The translations under genes were made by a program, and so were the position numbers. Below the pieces are notes generated by a model. That model searched no databases. It saw only the letters and a program-made list of their open reading frames with translations, and had not been told where the DNA came from. From NCBI GenBank assembly GCA_021650915.1, contig CP091279.1, positions 1,710,001 to 1,742,000 on the forward strand: a stretch of DNA of 32,000 nucleotides. The letters are read 5' to 3'. Shown here one piece after another: positions 9,698-17,016 of the stretch (the stretch's first letter is position 1; every line of letters starts with the position of its first letter). The DNA comes from Candidatus Brocadia sp. GTDB lineage: Bacteria > Planctomycetota > Brocadiia > Brocadiales > Brocadiaceae.

Positions 9698-12600
9698 TTA
9701 TACGGTAACTATCTGTAACTGATCAAACGCAAAGTCGCGCGCATCGGGCCGGTTCAGCCTGATTATTGCTGCACGTATCCTTGTGAGATCGAGAGATGGG
9801 CGGGCGTGGGTAAAACAGTTAGCAGGAAAACGGACAGTCTTGAGCATTGTCTTGGTAAGGTTTACCCCAAATTTAGCCAGGTCCGCCGCTTCCCGGTCGA
9901 ACGGACGTGGCAGAGCCCCCGAAGGAACAAAAGACACAACGCCTGCCGCATCCTCAAGTCCTATTTGAAAACCAGTAGCGTCCACCGGTATAGCAATCCC
10001 ATTGTAAACCTCCGCAGCACGAATCCATACCTCTCGACCTGTAAGATTAAGCTCTCCTATAAAAGGCTCCCGGAATGTTCCCAAAGCGGTTGGGCTTTGG
10101 GCCACCATCCCATGGGTATTTCCAAAGTACGTCGTGTCAGGTACCACACCGGGCTGAAAAAAGACGACTTCTCTTGAAGTAAGGGTGCCTGCATCCACGG
10201 TCGTTTGACCCAGGGTATTTATCCGAATATTGCTGTTTTCGTAATTATCAACGGTAGTAGAGGTTGAGATTTCTGCAGAGATTTGGATGTCGGCGGTATT
10301 GACGCCTGGCGGACTCTCCCGCCCTGTCAAAATCTCAATGAATGGTGTACCAAGGAGCGTGTGACGGAAGAAAGCGGTTGCGTATACCGATAAGATGCGC
10401 CGGTGTTCATTCTCCGCCATTAAAGGCGGTTCCAGCTGCGCCGGAGGCGGTCCCCCAACCGATGGCCATGGTCGCTGCCACTCGCTATTCACCCATTCGG
10501 TGTTGAAGAAATTGTGGTTAGCCCTATGGAGGTATAATTGAACTTTGAACGGAGAAGGAGTGGTCTGGTCGTAAAATTTTGCCCCGTCGTTATCACGAAC
10601 ATCCCCATCAGCTGCTGGCAGGATTGTCATGAACGGTATACCCGCTGGCGCGCTCGTTATCGTGGCTGTATCCGTTGGCGCCAGGGATATCACCCCTCGG
10701 AAAGTGACATTCTGCAGGCCCTGCAACAAGCTTGCTACTACAGATGATGTTATTGATGGAACGAACAAAACAGACTCAGCTCCGCGGGAATGCCCCAGAA
10801 GCCCTACTCTTAAAAAGTCAATACGTCCCTCAAAAATTGAGCCGCTGCCGGGAGCGTTTAGCGCCTGGAAGTGGCGCATGGCCGCAATGATGAGCATAGC
10901 ACGCTGAGCAATATTGATATCGCTCATCGGAGTAGGACCATTGAGATCATGACAATCCACGGAAACAGAGATAATTCCCAGCCTGGCCAAGGCTTCTTGC
11001 AAGTAAACATAGCCCCGGTGGTTGCCGATCCGGGTCCAGCCTCCCGGGTTGTTTCCTCTTTCCCGTCTCCGTTCGGCAGGGTCATGGAAGCGGGCGTGAT
11101 TGCCATGAGCGATAAATACTATGGGCGATGCGCCTCCTGCCGCCAAGGCAAAAGGCACACCTGAACCAGCAACCGCAGCGGGGTAAAAGACGTTACCCCT
11201 AACCTCAAGGGTGTCACCGAAGGCTGAGATCGTACCGCTAGTGTAATTGCTGTTTCCGGGTTGGAAACCACCGCCCGCCGTCGGGTCAGTTGCGCCGGCG
11301 GTGGGGGCGCCGCAGGGTCTGTCGAGCAAAGCAAATACGACATCAAACCGGGTCATGGTCTCGTCTCCAACAATCCCGTCAACCTTCAGACTCGGCACAA
11401 CCCTTTTCTGGTCTTTCTGGAATGCCTGAACTGCCGCTTTGGTCTCACTTTCAAAATTGCCGTCTGCCCCGAATTTAGGGAGGGTATATCCGAGGTCGAG
11501 GAGGGCCTCCTGCACCTTCCTGACTGCAGTGCCAACGGCTCCGCCTTTGCTCCCCTTTTTTAATTCCTTTCTGTTATTAAGGACTTCGATGAGAATAGCG
11601 TCTCCCTGAAAACGAGAGGCTGTATAAGTCCGCAGGTTTTCGCTGTAGCCGATATCTTCACCCTCTATGATCGGGATACCCTGTGGACGACGTACAACGC
11701 GCAGAATCGCCGAGTCTGGGTACAGACGGCCCCTGGAGTCGAGTACGCGCCGTGCAAACGAATCAGCCAGGGTGTGAGGTCGGGATCCACCTTCGACTAC
11801 CTGCACGTAGAAGCCGGGACGATCACTTTCGCCATATAATCCTCTCCCCATTAACTGATTCTGTCCCCATAGCTCAGGTGTGGCCACTATAGCCAGGTGA
11901 GCAAGCTGCCCTTCGCCAAGGGCTCGGCGGACAATCATGTCCCCCCTCTGGAGGGGTTCGCCAAGCCGCGAGCCAGGGATGGCCACTACCTCGAAAAATT
12001 GTTCGTAATGACGCCGTAACGCCGGACTTCCACCGCGTGCAAAGGAATCAAAGATCGATGCCGGCGAAGGAAAACTTCCCGCACCAAGAGGGCTTACGGT
12101 CTCCGCAATGCCGGCTTTGGATAGCGTCTCATGCAGTAGCGCGCTCCCGGAAAGAATACCATTTCCGGCAGAAATGGCCTCATCCGCCAGATCAACAAGT
12201 TCAACGCCAAAACTCTTCTCGACTTCCGGAAACACTTCATCGTCCTGTTCCCCGTCATCTCCGGACTCACAGATTTCAGAGACCTCCGCTTCTTCCTTAT
12301 TATCTTCTTCTCCCTCCAATAACTCATTGTCCGACTCCTCAGGCCATGAATCTTCAGCGGTTGCAATCTCTCCCTGCCAGGCTTCCGTGGGGTCAGCCTC
12401 AATCCCCTTCGGCGAGAAAAACTTGATTGTGGCACTTCCCACAAGACTTGGCTCTCCGCCTGTTTTATGAATGGCGGAGAAGTCAACCTTTTCCTCCACA
12501 CCCTCACTCCAAACCTTAAATGCCTTAGACCACGCCTGGGCAAATGCACTTGTATTGCACCCTACAAAGCGGTGTATCCTCTTTGGATTCCCTTTTTGGA

Positions 12601-14188
12601 ATCGTTTCCGAAGTTTTTTATTGCTATCAATCGAGGAGACAGGAATAATCTCGTATGACTCGGGCGCAACAGCTTCGCTTGCAGAACTATGGCCTAGTGA
12701 GAGCCACAGGTCGTCACGAGCATGGCCCCAGTACCACACGCGTGAGACAGAGCTTTTGCTGAACGTCTTTAGCTTCTTCCACAGATCATCAGCCGTATTC
12801 AACCAGCTTAGATTCCAACCTCTCTCCTTTGCCCGTCCCTCAACCATATCAACATAAGAAGTAAAACCTTTGCCTTTCACCTCCTTAATTGACTTACGAC
12901 CATTCTTTTGATCATCATCCCATCTGCTTTCATAGGCTGGTTTATAGACAAACCACCAGACCTCTTCATCCGCCCGAGCAAATTTCTTACGCTTTTTTTC
13001 AGTATCGGTCATCAATAAAGGGGGGGTGACGTAGTTTGCCCATGATTTATCATGCTCCACATCCCGGTCGTCAAACAAGCCGGGACCGCCAGAAATCAGG
13101 ATAAAATTGCGCTTTCCCGAGTCTTCCTCAGACTCCTCATCCTCTTCAACGTATTCTTCATATTCCTCGTCTTCCCCCTTTTCCTCTTCAGTGAAGAACT
13201 CATCTTCGAAGTCTTCTTCTCTTGAACATTCGTCATTTCTATTCATAACCACATCCTTTGCAATTTCTCTTTCGCGGTTTTCTTCCTCATGAGATTCCTG
13301 TACGATATTACTCACCATGCAAGATTTGTCCATCTCTTTGGTACCTGAAGGGTCATCGCCTGACGCGTTTGATTCTAAAAATCGAGATTGGGTCTTGTTT
13401 ATCTGTGCCGCACACGATAACGGTTCTTCTATAGTTAACCGATTTGTGGAAGATTGGAATTCTGCTTTTTCTTCCCCGGCTGGTATCATCTTACTGTCTT
13501 GGTGTAATCCTTCTTGTGTGAATATGCGAGCAGCCTCCACGGCTTTTTTAATATCAAGACAGCCATTTCCAACGCGGGCAGCGATTTCTGACGGTGCCGT
13601 AATAGTTCTGCAAGCACTTAAAAGTATCTTTCGAGTCTCTTGGATCCAGAGCGGTCGTTGGGCAGTTTCAAACATGCATGCTATAGTCCCCGCCACATGG
13701 GGAGACGCCATGCTCGTTCCCGATTTTCTCGTGAGCATAGGCACCCCAATATTCTGATCCCGGGAGCTGGAACGGGCTGCTAAGATACGAACACCGGGTG
13801 CAACGAGATCGGGTTTCTGACGGCCATCTGCCGTTGGTCCGGAACTACTAAAAATCGCCACCTCCAAATCAGGAGAATGAGGATTGTACGCACCTACCGC
13901 AATGGTGCGAAACCCGTTACAAATAGTGCCTATTGTGGAAGCAGGCACAGCATCATGAGGATCAAACCGGGATTGACATTGCGGACAAGAATTGTCGCGC
14001 TCCACCCAGCAGTGGAATCGTCCATCAACGATATCTTCTCCAATCAAGGTGACCAGCCATGATCCAGATGGAGCCCCCGGATAAAGAAAAATATCGACAT
14101 GGTTGTCACCCTTACCTGGATCGCGCGCCCGGTGATAGATATGACCGAATTCCTGACCGCCAACCTGGATAGCGCGATGCTCACCCAA
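9698..14188 (-). CDS. C-terminal ~1500 aa of a frameshift-split giant protein: S8 Ser-motif half, acidic linkers, unknown domain, shared module, PG_binding_1-like domain, alpha/beta hydrolase (GHSRG), beta-rich C-terminal domain
   Basis: The Met at 14188 is internal, because this frame stays open upstream to 14356 (..TWWTNKADFTPNELECWYSGNDSF..). Motifs, approximate nt:
- SGTSMASPHVAG, 13690-13725;
- poly-acidic linkers, 13105-13260 and 12230-12365;
- shared module, 11690-12215;
- AVRKVQEALLDLGY..FGADGNFESETKAAVQAFQ..VDGIVGDETM, 11345-11565;
- IAHGNH..LLGHSRGAE (10778-10800)..SLAPTD..ANHNFFN. Confidence 0.8.
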   Translation of the reverse strand: MGEHRAIQVGGQEFGHIYHRARDPGKGDNHVDIFLYPGAPSGSWLVTLIGEDIVDGRFHCWVERDNSCPQCQSRFDPHDAVPASTIGTICNGFRTIAVGAYNPHSPDLEVAIFSSSGPTADGRQKPDLVAPGVRILAARSSSRDQNIGVPMLTRKSGTSMASPHVAGTIACMFETAQRPLWIQETRKILLSACRTITAPSEIAARVGNGCLDIKKAVEAARIFTQEGLHQDSKMIPAGEEKAEFQSSTNRLTIEEPLSCAAQINKTQSRFLESNASGDDPSGTKEMDKSCMVSNIVQESHEEENREREIAKDVVMNRNDECSREEDFEDEFFTEEEKGEDEEYEEYVEEDEESEEDSGKRNFILISGGPGLFDDRDVEHDKSWANYVTPPLLMTDTEKKRKKFARADEEVWWFVYKPAYESRWDDDQKNGRKSIKEVKGKGFTSYVDMVEGRAKERGWNLSWLNTADDLWKKLKTFSKSSVSRVWYWGHARDDLWLSLGHSSASEAVAPESYEIIPVSSIDSNKKLRKRFQKGNPKRIHRFVGCNTSAFAQAWSKAFKVWSEGVEEKVDFSAIHKTGGEPSLVGSATIKFFSPKGIEADPTEAWQGEIATAEDSWPEESDNELLEGEEDNKEEAEVSEICESGDDGEQDDEVFPEVEKSFGVELVDLADEAISAGNGILSGSALLHETLSKAGIAETVSPLGAGSFPSPASIFDSFARGGSPALRRHYEQFFEVVAIPGSRLGEPLQRGDMIVRRALGEGQLAHLAIVATPELWGQNQLMGRGLYGESDRPGFYVQVVEGGSRPHTLADSFARRVLDSRGRLYPDSAILRVVRRPQGIPIIEGEDIGYSENLRTYTASRFQGDAILIEVLNNRKELKKGSKGGAVGTAVRKVQEALLDLGYTLPKFGADGNFESETKAAVQAFQKDQKRVVPSLKVDGIVGDETMTRFDVVFALLDRPCGAPTAGATDPTAGGGFQPGNSNYTSGTISAFGDTLEVRGNVFYPAAVAGSGVPFALAAGGASPIVFIAHGNHARFHDPAERRRERGNNPGGWTRIGNHRGYVYLQEALARLGIISVSVDCHDLNGPTPMSDINIAQRAMLIIAAMRHFQALNAPGSGSIFEGRIDFLRVGLLGHSRGAESVLFVPSITSSVVASLLQGLQNVTFRGVISLAPTDTATITSAPAGIPFMTILPAADGDVRDNDGAKFYDQTTPSPFKVQLYLHRANHNFFNTEWVNSEWQRPWPSVGGPPPAQLEPPLMAENEHRRILSVYATAFFRHTLLGTPFIEILTGRESPPGVNTADIQISAEISTSTTVDNYENSNIRINTLGQTTVDAGTLTSREVVFFQPGVVPDTTYFGNTHGMVAQSPTALGTFREPFIGELNLTGREVWIRAAEVYNGIAIPVDATGFQIGLEDAAGVVSFVPSGALPRPFDREAADLAKFGVNLTKTMLKTVRFPANCFTHARPSLDLTRIRAAIIRLNRPDARDFAFDQLQIVTV

Positions 14189-14232
14189 AAGAACATGAAA
14201 AACCGCATTGCGTTCGGGCGGACGGACTTCAA

Positions 14233-15249
14233 CTATGAATGAATCATTCCCTGAGTACCAGCACTCCAGTTCGTTGGGGGTAAAATCCGCCTTGTTTGTC
14301 CACCAGGTGAGGGTATGTTTTTGCCCGGGGATAATTGGCCAGCGGCATGCACCCGTTCATCAAAATAGTTTCCCGTGCTCATACAGATAGCCCTACCAGG
14401 GGCCTGGAGTAACAGCGCATCCATGCCCTGCTCCACAAGGGTCAAGCCCGTGTGAGGCCCGCCACACCGGCCAAGGCTGAGGTTAACCACCCACGGCCTC
14501 TTCCCGGCAACCCTGGCAATAAAATCCAGGGCCTCTAAAATCCTCACACTATCTCCCAGATTTGCCAGGCCACCTGTGCCCTGAGCTGCAAGATTGACAA
14601 AGACAATATCCGCCTCCGGCGCAATACCCAGGGGACTGCCCTCTACTCGTCCGTTTCCTGCAGCAATATCGCAAACATGGGTGCCGTGGGTGCCATAGCC
14701 CAAAGGGTCACTATCGTCTGGATGATAGCCCAAGGTTTCGTATGGTTGCGGGCTTTGAAGGGATCTGTTTATCTCATCCGGTGAATAGACAACGCCGTAG
14801 CCATAAGGGACGGGCTTTTCTATAGCTGTTGTATTGCCCTGATCCCAGAGGGCCAGTAACCGGGTAGAGCCATCATCACTTCGAAAATTGGGATGTACGA
14901 AGTCAAAGCCCCAGTCGACGATACCAATGACCACCCCCTGGCCAGTGGATTCCACCGAACCGGGACGCCGGGAGTCACTGGGGAAATTCCTGGTATCTAA
15001 TACTTCGCTTTCACCAACAAACTCCGGTTCGGGCGCCACATACCGTGAACCCTTTACGCTTACCGTTGCCGGATGTTCCCATACCCCATGAATTTGATCA
15101 CGCCTCAACCGGCAGGTGGTAATATCCCCAAATTGTGTTATGATCCGCACATGGGGAGGAATGATATCACCCCGCCGTAGCTTTAGAATCACCTCAACTT
15201 CTTCGGCTCCTTCTCCCTCTTCAATGACCTCTTCCAGACGGGGATCCAC
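14233..15249 (-). CDS. N-terminal half of the subtilisin-like S8 serine protease (Asp/His/Asn part), frame-broken from the ORF below
   Basis: GTG start with AAGGAG 7 nt upstream. Catalytic-type motifs IGIVDWGFD (14881-14940), HGTHVCDIAAGNG (14660-14700) and NLSLG. The last ~30 codons (SPGKNIPSPGGQTRRILPPTNWSAGTQGMIHS) look out of frame. No signal peptide (MDPRLEEVIEEGEGAEE). Confidence 0.8.
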   Translation of the reverse strand: MDPRLEEVIEEGEGAEEVEVILKLRRGDIIPPHVRIITQFGDITTCRLRRDQIHGVWEHPATVSVKGSRYVAPEPEFVGESEVLDTRNFPSDSRRPGSVESTGQGVVIGIVDWGFDFVHPNFRSDDGSTRLLALWDQGNTTAIEKPVPYGYGVVYSPDEINRSLQSPQPYETLGYHPDDSDPLGYGTHGTHVCDIAAGNGRVEGSPLGIAPEADIVFVNLAAQGTGGLANLGDSVRILEALDFIARVAGKRPWVVNLSLGRCGGPHTGLTLVEQGMDALLLQAPGRAICMSTGNYFDERVHAAGQLSPGKNIPSPGGQTRRILPPTNWSAGTQGMIHS

Positions 15250-15304
15250 TCCTTAACTCCTTGGATATAATCTTTGCCTTTTGATCTTACAGTGATTGAT
15301 TGGA

Positions 15305-15793
15305 CTAAGATTCTTGTGTAACTTTTTTTTCAAATGTAAACTCCCTCTTAAACCCATCATTAGGCGTTATCACAAGGTCAACCGAACCAGAACCCTTACT
15401 AGTGTTTAGATTCTTGTCGTCTGTAATCTCATATCCATTTTTTGCATTTTCATTTTTAAACTTCAAAGTTGTCGTTTCCGCACCGGAAATGGTGAAATTT
15501 AAAACTCCACCGTTTTCTCGAGATTCAACTTTAAGTGGACGATTGAGGCTTGCTAACTCATTTTTCGCTTTTATCAGTTCACCCTGAATGTTATTCAGAC
15601 TGCCTTGCAGACTAGTGTTTTTGGTCTCCAAATCAATCCTTGTATCAATTTGGGGTTTTAGCAACAACGGGCCTACCATATTATTTGGAGGAAACATGCC
15701 TGAGGCGAGACCAACCGTTAATGCTTCATTTCTCGGCAAGTCTTTCGCCAACAAAAACCCTATCAAAAAATTATTATTGAAAATTCCATTCAC
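15305..15793 (-). CDS. Hypothetical 162-aa protein (operon gene D): hydrophobic N-terminus, short coiled coil, beta-rich C-terminus
   Basis: GTG start with AAGGAGG 5 nt upstream. N-terminus MNGIFNNNFLIGFLLAKDL. The central stretch LQGSLNNIQGELIKAKNELASL looks helical. No family recognised. Confidence 0.65.
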   Translation of the reverse strand: MNGIFNNNFLIGFLLAKDLPRNEALTVGLASGMFPPNNMVGPLLLKPQIDTRIDLETKNTSLQGSLNNIQGELIKAKNELASLNRPLKVESRENGGVLNFTISGAETTTLKFKNENAKNGYEITDDKNLNTSKGSGSVDLVITPNDGFKREFTFEKKVTQES

Positions 15794-15828
15794 GACGACC
15801 TCCTTTATAGTAATTAGATTTATAAAAC

Positions 15829-16452
15829 CTACTTCAATGCCATGGCCAGGACTAAAGGCATCATATTAGAAGAATCACCTGTGCCGCCCCCCAGACCGCC
15901 TGGCATCATTGCCATCAGCGCAAAGATAAGGAAGAAGCTATCATCCTTCTTATACGTTGTAGTCTGTATAGGCATAGGCGTAGGAGTAGCACCCGTTGCA
16001 GGGACTGGAGTGATACTTTCTATCTGCGGCGGCTTGGTAAGAAGTAATGGCAGGATTGACATCATTGACATCTGCTGCGTTTGTTGCTGCCCTTTCTTCA
16101 GGGTTGCATCAATCGCGTTAACCTTTTTATCCAGCATGCTGGTATTTTTGTCTAATGTTTCGTCCACCTTTTTGATAGCCGTCCTTAATTCCTTCGCCAG
16201 ATTATCCACCGACTCCCTCGTCGCGACGGGTTTTTCAAATTTGAACTGTGCCCGTCCAGCCGGAGTATTGATACTACCTCCCTTTAAACCCCCTACTCTG
16301 CGTGAAGGTAGCCTGGTTGCCCGTCCCCTCCTGTACCTTGGATATCGAGCTTCACCGAATGTTTCCTCCCATTTTTCCGTATCATCTTCAGTTTCCAAAA
16401 GTGCCTCGTCATCTTCAAAAACTTCCAAATCATCTTCTTCTAAATACGGCAT
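15829..16452 (-). CDS. Hypothetical 207-aa protein (operon gene C): poly-acidic N-terminus, Arg-rich RYPRYRRGR motif, coiled coil, P/T linker, hydrophobic Gly-rich C-terminus
   Basis: The ATG lies 2 nt after the stop of the upstream gene, and AAGGAGG sits inside that gene's last codons, which suggests translational coupling. The antisense 210-aa ORF (15842-16474) is Ser-rich low complexity and has no ribosome site. Confidence 0.7.
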   Translation of the reverse strand: MPYLEEDDLEVFEDDEALLETEDDTEKWEETFGEARYPRYRRGRATRLPSRRVGGLKGGSINTPAGRAQFKFEKPVATRESVDNLAKELRTAIKKVDETLDKNTSMLDKKVNAIDATLKKGQQQTQQMSMMSILPLLLTKPPQIESITPVPATGATPTPMPIQTTTYKKDDSFFLIFALMAMMPGGLGGGTGDSSNMMPLVLAMALK

Positions 16453-16454
16453 AA

Positions 16455-16973
16455 TTACACCTCCTTTTGGTTAATGTTCGTATGCTGACTTTTAGCATTG
16501 ACCTTCGTCTCCGCGCCTGAATCCGCCGGAACGCCTTGCTCCTTCCCCCTAAATAAGCGGAGTTTGCGAACCGCCGGAAGCACATATTCAACGAAGGCGC
16601 TTGTGTTCGGGACATACGCACCCGGAACACCTTTTCCATTACATATTTCACACCCCACGTCTTCCCCCCAACAGTACGGACACGCGCCGAGGGCAGAAGC
16701 AAGGGCATCATTTTTTTCCATTAAAACCATATTCTCATGCTTTAGCTGTTTGTATCTGCCAATGATCCTCTTAAGTTTTATTTTCTCTTCTTCGGCAGGT
16801 ATGCGCTTATCCTGCGGAGGGTTTTGATGTTTCATGAATTCCGCAAGCATTTGAAGCCGGGGGTCAGAAATACCCATTTGATTCAGCATGTCTACGATAT
16901 TCATAGAATTTGCCGGTGAATCATTATTTGTACGAGAAGGGCTATGCTCGTTCATTAATCTTTCTCCTGTCAT
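16455..16973 (-). CDS. Hypothetical 172-aa protein (operon gene B): coiled coil followed by a CxxC-x6-CxxCxGxG zinc-knuckle
   Basis: Motif ALGACPYCWGEDVGCEICNGKGVPG is encoded at about 16626-16690. An alternative start is the ATG at 16955 (AGGAGA 7 nt upstream). Co-oriented and tightly coupled to gene C. Confidence 0.7.
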   Translation of the reverse strand: MTGERLMNEHSPSRTNNDSPANSMNIVDMLNQMGISDPRLQMLAEFMKHQNPPQDKRIPAEEEKIKLKRIIGRYKQLKHENMVLMEKNDALASALGACPYCWGEDVGCEICNGKGVPGAYVPNTSAFVEYVLPAVRKLRLFRGKEQGVPADSGAETKVNAKSQHTNINQKEV

Positions 16974-17016
16974 CCATTTAATAGGTAATTACACGGAAAC
17001 TAATTTATTAATACTA

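Noticed and set aside
14300-14345. Programmed -1 ribosomal frameshift in the S8 gene
   Set aside because: There is no canonical X-XXY-YYZ slippery heptamer (only GGC AAA AAC) and no obvious downstream pseudoknot. A homopolymer indel explains it more simply. It is kept as a possibility in the findings.
15842-16474. 210-aa plus-strand ORF overlapping gene C
   Set aside because: It is the antisense shadow of an acidic or low-complexity gene (Ser/Cys-rich, SSSSKTSKSSSSKYG). It has no ribosome site and runs against the operon direction, whereas the minus-strand ORF has AAGGAGG and is translationally coupled to gene B.
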